Assembly (NCBI GenBank): GCA_963662335.2
Contig: CAXXVD010000002.1
Span: forward strand, 498,062 to 562,061
Reading direction: 5' to 3'
DNA from: Chloroflexota bacterium
Lineage (GTDB): Bacteria; Chloroflexota; UBA11872; VXOZ01
Length of the DNA: 64,000 nucleotides
Below are positions 1 to 8,979 of this stretch, piece by piece. The stretch's first letter is position 1, and the number at the start of each line of letters is the position of its first letter. The position numbers were made by a program, and so were the translations under genes. The notes below the pieces were generated by a model. The model was not told the origin of the DNA and did no database searches. It saw only the letters and a list, made by a program, of their open reading frames with translations.

Positions 1-1
1 C

Positions 2-289
2 TACGCCGACCTGGGCGCGGCCGGTATCACCGTGCTCTTCGACGACCGCAACGAAAGCCCCGGCGTGAAGTTTACCGACGCGGATCTCTTGGGCATGCCG
101 CTGCGCCTGACCGTCAGCCGCCGCACATTGAAGAACGAGGCGGTGGAATTGAAACACCGCACGGACAAAGACTTTACGCTGGTGCCGCTGGCCGAGGCTG
201 TGGCGCGGGCGCAAGCGCAGATTGCGGCCTTGCAGGCGGCCATCGACGCGACGGTAGTGGCGGAAGCATTTCCGGCGCCCGCCGGCTAG
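2..289 (+). CDS. proS: proline--tRNA ligase, C-terminal anticodon-binding part (5' end outside window)
   Basis: Frame open from window edge: [53 protein letters not shown]. The FDDRxxSPGxKFxDADLxGxP block is typical of class II ProRS anticodon-binding domains. Stop TAG 287-289. Confidence 0.85.
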   Translation, partial: YADLGAAGITVLFDDRNESPGVKFTDADLLGMPLRLTVSRRTLKNEAVELKHRTDKDFTLVPLAEAVARAQAQIAALQAAIDATVVAEAFPAPAG

Positions 290-315
290 TTTCCCTGAAC
301 TCCCGGCGCCAAGCC

Positions 316-409
316 GTAGCGCGGGGGCTTGTCCCCCGCTCCTTCGTGCGCAACGCACACATCACTTCTGGCACAGGCCCAAGCCGTAGCGCGGGGGCTT
401 GTCCCCCGC
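316..409 (+). repeat. two direct REP-A units (316-339, 386-409; 70-bp register)
   Basis: GTAGCGCGGGGGCTTGTCCCCCGC twice, each preceded by CAAGCC. Hairpin GCGGGGG-CTTGT-CCCCCGC. Lies between convergent proS and the NmrA-like gene. Confidence 0.9.
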
Positions 410-449
410 TTCTTTGCGCGGTGCATACGCTTCCTCTCTGGCACGGCGC

Positions 450-1367
450 TTAGGTGAACGAACGCGGGGAGTGCACCTCCAGTTCGATGCGCAAATCGAG
501 CGTCCAGCGCGCTTGGTTGAGATAGGCGGCAAAGTCCATTGGCCGGAAGCCGAGCGTCTGTTCCATTGTTTCCACGTTCGCCGTGAAGCCTGCTTGCCAG
601 AGCCAGTCGTAGTACGCCGCGTAGTCCGCGCCCATGCTCTCGGCAACCCACTCCGGCGGCAGGGGATAGAAATCCACCGTACGGCCAATGGCGACACCGA
701 TCGCTGCGGCAATACCCTCCCACGTGAGCGCATCGCCGGCGAGGTCGAGGGTCTTGCCGGCCCAGACCTCCGGTTCGCTCAGAATCGTAGCGGCGGCGCG
801 GCCTATGTCGTCCACGGCCACCAGTTGGGTGGCGATATGCGGCGGCATGGGCGCGTGCAGCCGTCCCGCCAGCAGATTGCCCGCCAGCGCGCCGGCGCCA
901 AAGTTGTCCATGAAGAAGACCGGCCGCAAGATTGTCCAGGCAAGGCCGCTGGCTTGCAGATACGCTTCCGCGCGCTGTTTCTGCGCGTAGTGGGGCACGT
1001 GCGCCAGGTCTGCCGCGCGCTGCACCGAAGAATAGACGACGTGCTCTACGCCTGCGTTCCCCGCCGCGTCGATGCACGTTTCAAGCTGCCGCCACTCCGT
1101 TTCCGGTCCGGCCGGCTGTGTGGGAGACGCGGCATAGGGCGTGCCCATGAGAAAGAGGGAGTCTACGCCCTGGCAGGCGCGCCGCATTTCCTGGTGCGCG
1201 GTCATGTCGCCGACGACCACCTGCGCTCCGGCTTCGATGAGCGTTTCGGCGCGGGCAAAGTCGCGGGTTAGGGCGCGCACGGTGTGTCCCGCCGCCAATA
1301 GCGCCCTAGCCACCGCGCCGCCTTGCTGGCCGGTAGCGCCGGTCACGAGCGTCACCGCTTTGGACAT
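450..1367 (-). CDS. NmrA-family NAD(P)-binding protein (atypical SDR)
   Basis: MSKAVTLVTGATGQQGGAVARALLAAGHTVRALTRD: TGxTGxxG Rossmann motif and NmrA-like length. ATG at 1367 chosen inside the longer ORF-track frame (450..1451). Confidence 0.75.
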   Translation of the reverse strand: MSKAVTLVTGATGQQGGAVARALLAAGHTVRALTRDFARAETLIEAGAQVVVGDMTAHQEMRRACQGVDSLFLMGTPYAASPTQPAGPETEWRQLETCIDAAGNAGVEHVVYSSVQRAADLAHVPHYAQKQRAEAYLQASGLAWTILRPVFFMDNFGAGALAGNLLAGRLHAPMPPHIATQLVAVDDIGRAAATILSEPEVWAGKTLDLAGDALTWEGIAAAIGVAIGRTVDFYPLPPEWVAESMGADYAAYYDWLWQAGFTANVETMEQTLGFRPMDFAAYLNQARWTLDLRIELEVHSPRSFT

Positions 1368-1450
1368 TGGGAGCAACCCCCCTTCTCTGCGCCTGTGCGC
1401 TCGTGAATGGTACCACGCCCGGTGGTATAGTGGTGATGGGAGGGATTGCA

Positions 1451-1891
1451 ATGGAAGTCTACCGGCAGACGAGCGCGGACGAGCACGCGGCGCTCAGCCG
1501 CCGGTTCGCGCCTCAGGCGCAAGAAGAATTCGATAACGGCGATCCGCTGCAGGCTTCCGAGAAGGCCTGGGGCGCGGCGGCGCACGCGGTGAAGGCCGTG
1601 GCCGCGGCCCGCGGCTGGAACCACAACACGCACCGGCTGCTGTCCGACGTGGTAGACCAAGTGTCTCGAGATACGGGCAATCTTGCGTTGGGCGCGTGGT
1701 TCCGAGAGGCCAACTCCTTGCACCAGAACTTCTATGAGAACTGGCAGCCGGACTTTTCGGTGCAAGAAGGCATCAAGGCGGTGAAGCGGTTTGTGGACCT
1801 GCTGGAAGACATTCGCAGCCGGCCCGCGCCGCCGTCGGTTGTAATCGACCCCAGGCAGTGGGATCGGCTTACGCGCGCGCCAGCGGAATAG
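1451..1891 (+). CDS. PaREP1/HEPN-like family protein (tentative)
   Basis: ATG at 1451. ASEKAWGAAAHAVKAVAAARGWNHNTHRLL ... LHQNFYEN resembles the PaREP1-type helical family. Product tentative. Confidence 0.5.
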   Translation: MEVYRQTSADEHAALSRRFAPQAQEEFDNGDPLQASEKAWGAAAHAVKAVAAARGWNHNTHRLLSDVVDQVSRDTGNLALGAWFREANSLHQNFYENWQPDFSVQEGIKAVKRFVDLLEDIRSRPAPPSVVIDPRQWDRLTRAPAE

Positions 1892-1941
1892 CCTAGTTCG
1901 CGATAAAGGCGCGGGCGAGTCTGGGTGAAGGGGAAAGTGGG

Positions 1942-1999
1942 ATGGAGAAATACAGACACGCGCGGGTGGACGAGCACGCGGCCCTCAGCCGCCATCTAG
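1942..1999 (+). pseudogene. 5' fragment of a second PaREP1-like gene, ending at the IS insertion site
   Basis: ATG 1942, MEKYRHARVDEHAALSRH. Nt 1969-1993 match 1478-1502 of the upstream gene at 24/25. No homologous continuation after the IS. Confidence 0.45.
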
Positions 2000-2006
2000 G
2001 GTCTGT

Positions 2007-2558
2007 TTATACTAAGCGCAAAGCATCGACGATGATGGCAAAGACAATGAAGGCGGCGTAGATGCTGTCGAGTTTGTCGTAGCGGGTATAGATCTTGCGG
2101 AACCGTTTGAGCCTGCCGATGAAGCGTTCCACCTCGTTGCGTCTCTTGTATACCTCCTTGTTGTAGGCCCACGGCTCTCTGCGGTTCCGTTTCGGCGGCA
2201 CGACCGGTTCATACCCCAGACGCCGTGCCAGCGCTCTGGTGGTCTCCCCTTCATAGGCGCGGTCCATCGCCAGATAGGGTGTGCCTGCCTGTGTGCCCAC
2301 CGCGCGCAGCAACTTCTCCCCTTCCGGGGCGTCGTGCGCCTGCCCAGGCGAGAGGCAGAACTGTACCGGACTACGCTCGTCGACAACCAGCACGTGGCTC
2401 TTGGTGGTCACTCCCCCGCGCGAGCGGCCAATGGCCTGGGGTCCGTCTTTTCCGCGCCCCAGTGCCCTGTGGGTGCACCGTGACCGTGGTGCTGTCCAGG
2501 GCGGCCACGACCACCTCGGTGCGGAGCACTCCCTGCTCACGCAAGGCCGCCAGCACAC
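2007..2558 (-). CDS. IS5-family transposase, DDE (orfB) frame
   Basis: QAIGRSRGGVTTKSHVLV...AMDRAYEGE...YKRRNEVERFIGRLKRFRKIYTRYDKL is the IS5-family DDE C-terminal signature. Reached from orfA only by a +1 (or -2) shift near CGGAAAAGAC (rc of 2445-2454). Confidence 0.8.
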   Translation of the reverse strand: MCWRPCVSRECSAPRWSWPPWTAPRSRCTHRALGRGKDGPQAIGRSRGGVTTKSHVLVVDERSPVQFCLSPGQAHDAPEGEKLLRAVGTQAGTPYLAMDRAYEGETTRALARRLGYEPVVPPKRNRREPWAYNKEVYKRRNEVERFIGRLKRFRKIYTRYDKLDSIYAAFIVFAIIVDALRLV

Positions 2559-2721
2559 GATCCAACACCCCAGTCCGCGCCCAGCGGCTCAGCCGTGCGT
2601 AGATGGTGCTCCACTTGCCGTAGTGGGGCGGCAAGGCACGCCACTTGCAGCCGTTCTCCGCCATGTAGAGCACGGCATTGAGCGCCTGCACGTTGGATAC
2701 CCTGACGTTCCCGCGCGGCAC
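2371..2721 (-). CDS. IS5-family transposase, N-terminal (orfA) frame
   Basis: VSNVQALNAVLYMAENGCKWRALPPHYGKWSTIYARLSRWARTGVLDRV is an HTH region typical of IS427-group OrfA. The conserved-looking sequence GITQAQYEHIAHLFP continues upstream to 2775 without a canonical start codon. Confidence 0.75.
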   Translation of the reverse strand: MPRGNVRVSNVQALNAVLYMAENGCKWRALPPHYGKWSTIYARLSRWARTGVLDRVLAALREQGVLRTEVVVAALDSTTVTVHPQGTGARKRRTPGHWPLARGSDHQEPRAGCRRA

Positions 2722-2846
2722 CGGAAACAGATGTGCGATATGCTCGTACTGCGCTTGTGTGATTCCACAATGCCACTAGAATACCACAGTAATCTGCTTA
2801 GTTTAGACATGCCCTAGTTTCGCGGCCCTTCGGCTGGCACTCTGTA

Positions 2847-3503
2847 TCAAGACGAGAAGAACAGGCGCGCGCCGTGCCAGATGAAGTAGAACCCAAAGAG
2901 CGCCAGCAGGACGCCGAAGAGGTAGAGGGCCCAGCGGTACACCCGGTCCGTGATGAAGCGCCGGCCGGTGGCAAAGACGATGGCGACGAGCGTGAACCAG
3001 GCGAAGTCACTGGCCACGTGGCCGATGGTGAACGCGGTGAGACCGAGCGCGCCGCGCGGCAACGCCAGCGTGGTAATCGTGGAAATGCCGACGGTGGCCC
3101 ACCAGAACGACCAGTAGGGATTCGCCAGGCTGAGCACGGCGCCGCCGAGCATGGGGTTGCCCGCGTGGCGGCCGGAAATAGACTCGGTGAGCGTAGCGCC
3201 TTCCCGCCGCACGCCGCTGACGATCTTCCAGCCCATCCACAGCATCACCAGGCCGCCAACCACGCCGATTGCGGCCAGCACCGGGTCCCATTGCAGGACG
3301 CGGGCGAGACCCAGCCACAAGAGCACGACCAGCGCGACTTCCAGCAGCCCGTGCCCCAGCGAGGCGAGCGGGCCGGCCAACACGCCGTGGCGGGCGCTCT
3401 GGCTCATGACGAAGATCGTTAGCGGCCCGGGCGACATCGCGCCGGAGAGGCCGATTGAGAATGAGGCGGCAAAGACGAGAAGGAACGATTCGAGGGCTGC
3501 CAT
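2847..3503 (-). CDS. LysE/RhtB-family amino-acid exporter
   Basis: 218 aa, about 6 TM segments. N-terminal FLLVFAASFSIGLSGAMSPGPLTIFVMSQSARHG matches the LysE-family PGP motif. Confidence 0.8.
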   Translation of the reverse strand: MAALESFLLVFAASFSIGLSGAMSPGPLTIFVMSQSARHGVLAGPLASLGHGLLEVALVVLLWLGLARVLQWDPVLAAIGVVGGLVMLWMGWKIVSGVRREGATLTESISGRHAGNPMLGGAVLSLANPYWSFWWATVGISTITTLALPRGALGLTAFTIGHVASDFAWFTLVAIVFATGRRFITDRVYRWALYLFGVLLALFGFYFIWHGARLFFSS

Positions 3504-3572
3504 TGGCGTTGGGGTTGGGATGTGTGGACGCGGGCTTGCCTTCTTTGTGGACCGTTAGCCGGAGACGCGGGC

Positions 3573-4328
3573 CTAGTCCATGATCATGCCGCCGTTGATC
3601 GCCAGCGTGTGGCCGGTAATGAAAGCGGAGGCGTCACTGACAAGATAGAGCGCGCCGTAGGCGATTTCCTCCGGTTTGCCCAGGCGCGCCAGCGGCGTGC
3701 GGTCGAGCACTGTGCGCAGGCGGTCTGCCGGAATGCGGCTCATGCCGGTGTCGATCTGGCCGGGCGCGATGTTGTTGGCGCGGCCCCAGGGCGCCATCTG
3801 GCGTGCCAGCGCCTTGGTGAAGGCGATCATGCCGCCTTTGGAGGCGGCGTAGTGCACGCGGGCGCTCTGGCCGCCGTTCTGGCCGCTGATGCTCGCCATG
3901 TTGACGATGCTGCCCCGCCGCCGCCGCTCCATGTGCGGAAAGACGGCCTTGCTGCACAAGAAGGCGCTGCGCAGGTTGTTGCCGAGCAGGTCGTCCCAAT
4001 CCGCGGCGGAGGTCTCGCCCATGGCGCCGTGCCGGCCGGATTCGCCGGCGTTGTTCACCAGCGCGTCCACCGCGCCAAACGCCGCCAACGCGCGCTCCAC
4101 CAGCATCTCGGCGTCTTCCGGCACGTTCACGTCGGCGCGCACGGCCAGCGCCGTGCCGCCGGCGCTGGCGATTTCCTGCGCCAACGCGGCGATGGCGCTC
4201 TCGGTGCGCGCCGCGGCTACCACGTTCGCGCCCGCCGCCGCGAGCACATCCGCCGTGGTGCGCCCAATACCCCGGCTCGCGCCGGTGACGATGACGGTGC
4301 GGCCCGTGAGGTCGAATGCGTCGAGCAT
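3573..4328 (-). CDS. SDR-family oxidoreductase (FabG-like)
   Basis: LTGRTVIVTGASRGIGR (TGxxxGxG), NNAG, and YAASKGG (YxxxK). Confidence 0.85.
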   Translation of the reverse strand: MLDAFDLTGRTVIVTGASRGIGRTTADVLAAAGANVVAAARTESAIAALAQEIASAGGTALAVRADVNVPEDAEMLVERALAAFGAVDALVNNAGESGRHGAMGETSAADWDDLLGNNLRSAFLCSKAVFPHMERRRRGSIVNMASISGQNGGQSARVHYAASKGGMIAFTKALARQMAPWGRANNIAPGQIDTGMSRIPADRLRTVLDRTPLARLGKPEEIAYGALYLVSDASAFITGHTLAINGGMIMD

Positions 4329-4517
4329 GAAGAATGCCTCTCTTGCTGTGTCTTGGATTGCGCTGATCTTGCTAGGAGTTTCTCACAGAACAAACACGAC
4401 CAGTCGCTGAACAGTGCCCGTAGTCGAGAAGCGCGTAGACTACCGTCCGCATTGTGCAGGGAGATTGCGCATGACCCCCAAGTGTCTAGCACTCGAAATT
4501 AAGGCTACGGCCCGCTT

Positions 4518-4865
4518 CTATGGTTCAACGATCACTCGCTGCCCGTGGTCGAGTGTGATCTTGAATTGGTCGGCTACTGCGCGGCCAAGTATTGGCTCGT
4601 TGCCTAGAGCTATCACTATCGTGGTCACGGGTGGTAGCGAGCCAACTTGCACGGTTGCAAGATATGCGGGAGCGTCCACCCGGGAACCATCGGCCAATTC
4701 AAAGGCGATGCTCCACTTGAGGGATCGCCCGTAGGCAACGGTGCTTGCGGATACCGCCAAACCGGCATCGCACCCAGTGTCGAGGAGAGCTTCCAACTCG
4801 GTCTTGCGGCCCTGAAGTGAGAGACTAACAGGGAGGTAGGGATAGCGATCGCTTTCGACACGCAC
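4518..4865 (-). CDS. retropepsin-like (clan AA) aspartic protease
   Basis: 115 aa with LLDTGCDAGLAV (the D-T/S-G active-site motif) and the size of single-domain bacterial/archaeal retropepsins. Confidence 0.65.
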   Translation of the reverse strand: MRVESDRYPYLPVSLSLQGRKTELEALLDTGCDAGLAVSASTVAYGRSLKWSIAFELADGSRVDAPAYLATVQVGSLPPVTTIVIALGNEPILGRAVADQFKITLDHGQRVIVEP

Positions 4866-4880
4866 GGCTGTAGCGCCTCG

Positions 4881-5135
4881 TCATCTCCACTTCATGGCAC
4901 AGCGGTCGGCGGTGAGCCTGAACACGAAACTGCCCGGGCCAAGCTGTTTCAATGACTCGTCGAGGACTTGCTGCAGTGTAGGCGCAAGTACAACCTTCCC
5001 CTGAGTAGAGATCGCTATGAATTCGCCATGGTGTTTCGCTTCAAGCGGCTTGCCGTAGCGCTCATAGAGGTCTTCAGCCTGCTGGCTAAATCTATGTTTG
5101 GTGGATTTGCGCGTACTCTGGGCATCAACTGCCAT
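4881..5135 (-). CDS. small protein paired with the retropepsin (DUF5678-like, tentative)
   Basis: 84 aa. YERYGKPLEAKHHGEFIAISTQGKVVLAPTLQQVLDES resembles the short 'GxWVAI...G.VV' family. Ends 15 nt before the protease start. Confidence 0.45.
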   Translation of the reverse strand: MAVDAQSTRKSTKHRFSQQAEDLYERYGKPLEAKHHGEFIAISTQGKVVLAPTLQQVLDESLKQLGPGSFVFRLTADRCAMKWR

Positions 5136-5290
5136 TGCGTCTATCTCCCTTTACTTCACCGGTGGCTGTGTCCCATTGCCACCGCACTGGTGTTGAAGTC
5201 GGTCGTGCACTCAGCGTGCTCGACGACACTGCTCAAACTGCTGCCGGGGCATAGCGGTATTCTATATCTCTTGCTCCGATTTGTCCCGCA

Positions 5291-6592
5291 TCAGGAGGCC
5301 GCGACCGCCGCGCCGTTGCGCGTCGCCTGGGTGAACATCCCCTGCGCGTCGAACGAAATCTCTTCCGGCTCGCTCACCGGGCGCACGCGCCCGGTGGCTT
5401 CCATCTGCGGCAGCAGCGGCTCCGAGACCCAGAGGTCTTCCAGGCGCTTGGTATCCTGGATGCGCATGATGCGCGCCGTCTCGTTCTCGGTCTGCAGGCA
5501 GCAGGCCAGCGCCACGTAGAGCGCCTCCCGGTCGTTGGCGACCGTGAGCGGAATGCGCGCGCCTTCCGGCCCCTTGGCGGTGATGGTGTTCATGTAAGTC
5601 TGCACCGGGTCCAGCTTATCCACGACCTGTTGCAGCACCACGTCGCCCAGGCCGATGCCGCAGGCGTTGCCCTCCGTATCCTTGGTCAAGTCGCGCATGA
5701 CGAGACGCTGGATGCGCGGCGGCTGGGGCAGCGGGCCGCTCCAGTAGCGGTTGACCACGTTGGTATCCGCGCCGATGCCGCTGATGTCCTTGCCGAACTG
5801 ATCGACGATGAGCACGTCGATCTCCTCGCCGGGCAGGCGCGCCATGCGCTCGCGGGCGACCTTGAGCAACTCCTGCTCTTCTTCCAAAATGCGGTCGGCC
5901 GGCACGGCCTGGATTAGCGAGAGGCGGGAGTGGCCGTCCTCTACCAGCGCCAAGCCGAAGGGAATCGGCACGTTTTGCAGCGTAAACTGGCCCACCGCCG
6001 GAATGAGCGTGGGAAATTCGGCGAAACTGCGGCCATGGAACGTGTCGGCCCCCTTTTGCTTGCCCAGGCCGATGGCGAGCAACTTCATCAGGCCGGATTC
6101 GATGTGCCCGTGAAAGTCGGTGTGGGGCTTGACGCGGTTGATGGGGATGGTTACGTCGGCCTCTTCATAGGCCGTCTTGTCGAACCAGACCGGCACGCCG
6201 CCTTCCACGTGGCCGAGCAGCACGGTCTCCATGCTGGAGCGGATGGGGCAGCCCATGGCTTCTTCGGTAACACCGTAGTGGGCGAGCAGTTCGACTTGGC
6301 CCTGCGCCGTCGCGCCGCCGTGGCTGCCCATGGCCGGCACGATGAACGGCTCCGCGCCAAGCCGTTTGACCTCATGGGCCGCGGCTTTCAGCACCTGGTC
6401 GATGCGGTCGATGCCGCGGCTGCCGCCGGTGAGCGCCACGCGCTGCCCGGCCTGGATTGTCTGGCCGATTTCGGGACGGGCGAATTCCTGGGCGACGGCG
6501 GCCGCCACGTCTTCGATGGTGGCGGTGAAGAGACTCTGCCGCACCCGCACCCAACGCGGGAGCTTGCCCCGCTCGAATATATCCAGAGACAT
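5291..6592 (-). CDS. LarA-like / DUF2088-type domain protein (function unknown)
   Basis: 433 aa. VPAMGSHGGAT and VKPHTDFHGHIESGLMKLLAIGLGKQKGA resemble the lactate-racemase-N-terminal-like fold. Product tentative, coding status strong. Confidence 0.55.
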   Translation of the reverse strand: MSLDIFERGKLPRWVRVRQSLFTATIEDVAAAVAQEFARPEIGQTIQAGQRVALTGGSRGIDRIDQVLKAAAHEVKRLGAEPFIVPAMGSHGGATAQGQVELLAHYGVTEEAMGCPIRSSMETVLLGHVEGGVPVWFDKTAYEEADVTIPINRVKPHTDFHGHIESGLMKLLAIGLGKQKGADTFHGRSFAEFPTLIPAVGQFTLQNVPIPFGLALVEDGHSRLSLIQAVPADRILEEEQELLKVARERMARLPGEEIDVLIVDQFGKDISGIGADTNVVNRYWSGPLPQPPRIQRLVMRDLTKDTEGNACGIGLGDVVLQQVVDKLDPVQTYMNTITAKGPEGARIPLTVANDREALYVALACCLQTENETARIMRIQDTKRLEDLWVSEPLLPQMEATGRVRPVSEPEEISFDAQGMFTQATRNGAAVAAS

Positions 6593-6776
6593 GGTTCTGC
6601 TCTCCTTTGCGTTGCGGCGCTGCGCGGCAATCTTGACAAGCGCCGGCGCGCACGGCTCGTTTCAGCCTCAACTTCTCCTGGTTAATGTACCACTGCCCCG
6701 CGCATGCTGTCTGCTTCCTGGCGTTATGCCGCTGCTGAACCACGAGTGGGTGGCCCTCGGTGTGTCCTTGCGGCGG

Positions 6777-8492
6777 TCACTCGGCGGGCGGCGGCGTTTC
6801 TTCAGCGGATTCTTCAAACGTAATGTCGCCGTGGAAGAGCCGCTGCGCCGCGCGCACCACCGGGTCCTGGGCGGGGTCTTTGGCGTTGAGGTTCGTGGAC
6901 GGCGGCTTCTGCGCCAGGGTGCATTCGATGGCGTAGTGGCGGCCCAGGGTTTGCGCCACGGCTTTTTCCACCAGGATGAGATTGTCCGGCTGGCGCACCT
7001 TGTCGCGGTGCCAGGCGTGGGCGAACTCCAGCGTGAGCGCGCGGTCGTGCACGGCGACCGGCGTGCAATCGCGCAGCACGCCGCGCAGATGGACGTTGGG
7101 ACGGCGGAAGGAGTCGACCACCGCGTCCCAACGCTGCTGGATCTCCGCCAGCGGTGTGTCCGCCGCGGCTGGGGGCGCGTCCGCCGGAGAATCCGCAGCT
7201 TGCGTTGGTGCGGCCGGGGCGTCGGCGGTAGGATTCGGTGGCTGCGCGGCGCCGGGACCGGCTGGCGGCGAATCCCCGGCAGGAGCCGCGCTTGGCGAAG
7301 GGGCTGCGCTCGCGCCGGCGCCTTGGGCCGCAGGGGCGGTCGCTGCGCGCGGGGCGCTTGCTGCCGGTGCGGCGGCAGGCGCTGTCGTCGGCGCGGTCGC
7401 AACCTCTTCCGCGGCGCAAAACTCCACCAAGGCCAGTTCCACCGGCAATTGCGGAAAGACCCCCAGCCGCAGCGCCTGTTCGGCTTCCGAGAAGAGCCGG
7501 ATCGCCTTCACGATCTCGGCCAGCGAGATGCGCCCGGCCAGGCCGTCCATCAGCGCGGCCTCTTCCTCGCTCATTTCCAGCAAGGCGGCGGCCTCCATGC
7601 CGCTCTTGTGGAGCAACGTGCCGCGCAGGTAGCGGATCGTCTCCCGGGCGAACTGGCGCATGTCCAGCCCCTGGTCGGCGGCCTGTGAGAGGACGCGCAG
7701 GCCCTCGCCGGTGTCGCGCCGCGCCAGGGTATTGACGAACTCGGCTACAACCGCCGTGTGGGCCAGGCCGAGCATCTCGCGCACCGCGGCCGCGGTCACG
7801 CCGCTTTCGGCGTAGATGGTGGCCTGGTCGAAGAGGCTCACCGCGTCGCGGGCGCTGCCGCCGGCCATGCGCGCCAGGATGTTCAGCGCCTCCGGTTCGG
7901 CGCTCACCTTCTCCGCGTCGGCAATTTCCTGCAAGCGCCCCACCAGCGCCGTGACGGGAATGCGGCGGAAGTCGAACCGCTGGCAGCGCGACAAGATGGT
8001 GGGCAAGACGCGGTGGATTTCCGTGGTCGCCAACACGAAGACGGCGTGTTCCGGCGGCTCTTCCAGGGTTTTCAGCAGGGCGTTGGAGGCTTCCGGCGTG
8101 AGCTGGTGCACCTCGTCGATCAAGTAGAATTTGTAGCGGCCGTTAACAGGGGCAAAATTGACCCGCTCGCGCAGGTCGCGAATGTCCTCGATGCCGCGGT
8201 TGGAGGCGGCGTCCAGTTCCACCAGGTCCAGGAAGCGCCCGGCCACCACGTCCGCGCAGGCGTCGCACTTGCCGCACGGTTCCGGCTGGACGCCTTGCAG
8301 ACAGTTAAGCGCCTTGGCCAGGATGCGCGCCAACGAGGTCTTGCCCGAGCCGCGCGGCCCGGCAAAGATGTAGGCGTGCGCCACCTGCCCCGACGCCAGC
8401 GAGTTCTGCAGCGTGCGCACCGTCGGCTCCTGGCCGACCACGTCCGCAAACGTCTGCGGCCGCCACTTGTTGTACAACACGACCCGCGACAC
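6777..8492 (-). CDS. dnaX: DNA polymerase III subunit gamma/tau
   Basis: MSRVVLYNKWRPQTFADVVGQEP, GPRGSGKTS Walker A, DEVHQL, a CGKCDAC zinc module, and an A/P-rich linker before the C-terminal tau domain. Confidence 0.95.
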   Translation of the reverse strand: MSRVVLYNKWRPQTFADVVGQEPTVRTLQNSLASGQVAHAYIFAGPRGSGKTSLARILAKALNCLQGVQPEPCGKCDACADVVAGRFLDLVELDAASNRGIEDIRDLRERVNFAPVNGRYKFYLIDEVHQLTPEASNALLKTLEEPPEHAVFVLATTEIHRVLPTILSRCQRFDFRRIPVTALVGRLQEIADAEKVSAEPEALNILARMAGGSARDAVSLFDQATIYAESGVTAAAVREMLGLAHTAVVAEFVNTLARRDTGEGLRVLSQAADQGLDMRQFARETIRYLRGTLLHKSGMEAAALLEMSEEEAALMDGLAGRISLAEIVKAIRLFSEAEQALRLGVFPQLPVELALVEFCAAEEVATAPTTAPAAAPAASAPRAATAPAAQGAGASAAPSPSAAPAGDSPPAGPGAAQPPNPTADAPAAPTQAADSPADAPPAAADTPLAEIQQRWDAVVDSFRRPNVHLRGVLRDCTPVAVHDRALTLEFAHAWHRDKVRQPDNLILVEKAVAQTLGRHYAIECTLAQKPPSTNLNAKDPAQDPVVRAAQRLFHGDITFEESAEETPPPAE

Positions 8493-8615
8493 TGGTAGGG
8501 CATCTCCTGGTTTGCGCTAACGCCCGCCGTCTGTCAGCAGGCGCACGCGGTTGCGGCAAGCGACCGTCACGTCCGGTCAACCGAGACTGCACGCACTCGC
8601 TGTGTTGAATTGTAC

Positions 8616-8643
8616 GTCATTCCGAGCGCAGCGAGGAATCTGG
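8616..8643 (+). repeat. single arm of repeat family B
   Basis: GTCATTCCGAGCGCAGCGAGGAATCTGG. The same 25-mer recurs at more than 10 loci in the window. Confidence 0.85.
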
Positions 8644-8784
8644 AGCTTACGATAGCAGGGCTTGATAGTGGTGCGGCAATCAAGAGGCTGCGGGCGGGAC
8701 AGTGCGTATTTTGGCGCTGCTGGCAATCGGCAACCGGCGCTGCTGGCGCTGCGGATGAGGAGAATGGTAAGAGCCCCAGAGTCC

Positions 8785-8810
8785 GTCATTCCCGCGCACG
8801 CGGGAATCCA
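8785..8810 (+). repeat. repeat family D hairpin
   Basis: GTCATTCCCGCGCACGCGGGAATCCA, a 9-bp stem ATTCCCGCG/CGCGGGAAT. Relatives at 13471, 53506 and 54566. Confidence 0.8.
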
Positions 8811-8979
8811 TCTGCGCCTCTTTCAGGACAGAGTGACGAGCGAAGAGCCAACCGCCGGTATTCGCACAAGCGAGCTAAGACGGATCAGCCCGGAGCACGG
8901 GCAAGAACGGCGCGCCGGAAACCGCCTGGAACGTCCAGATGACGTAGGAACCCGGCAATCCGTGGCAAGGAAAGCGCAA

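Larger units (their letters stand above)
2000..2813 (-). mobile_element. IS5-family insertion sequence (IS427-group-like), 814 bp
   Basis: Flanked by duplicated CTAG (1996-1999, 2814-2817). Terminal inverted repeats GGTCTGTTTATACTAAGC vs GGCATGTCTAAACTAAGC (rc of 2796-2813) match at 14/18. Two overlapping transposase frames inside. Confidence 0.85.

Noticed and set aside
2537-2776. 79-aa ORF at the IS 5' end (MALWNHTSAVRAY...)
   Set aside because: It is in the wrong frame relative to the conserved IS5-family OrfA N-terminus (GITQAQYEHIAHLFP...), which reads in the frame of 2371-2721.
6668-7735. Several 160-250-aa ORFs in other frames across the middle of dnaX
   Set aside because: They overlap the A/P-rich, very GC-rich linker of tau and yield Pro/Arg/Ala low-complexity translations. 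There is no independent support. I also could not support or exclude a programmed dnaX frameshift from sequence alone.
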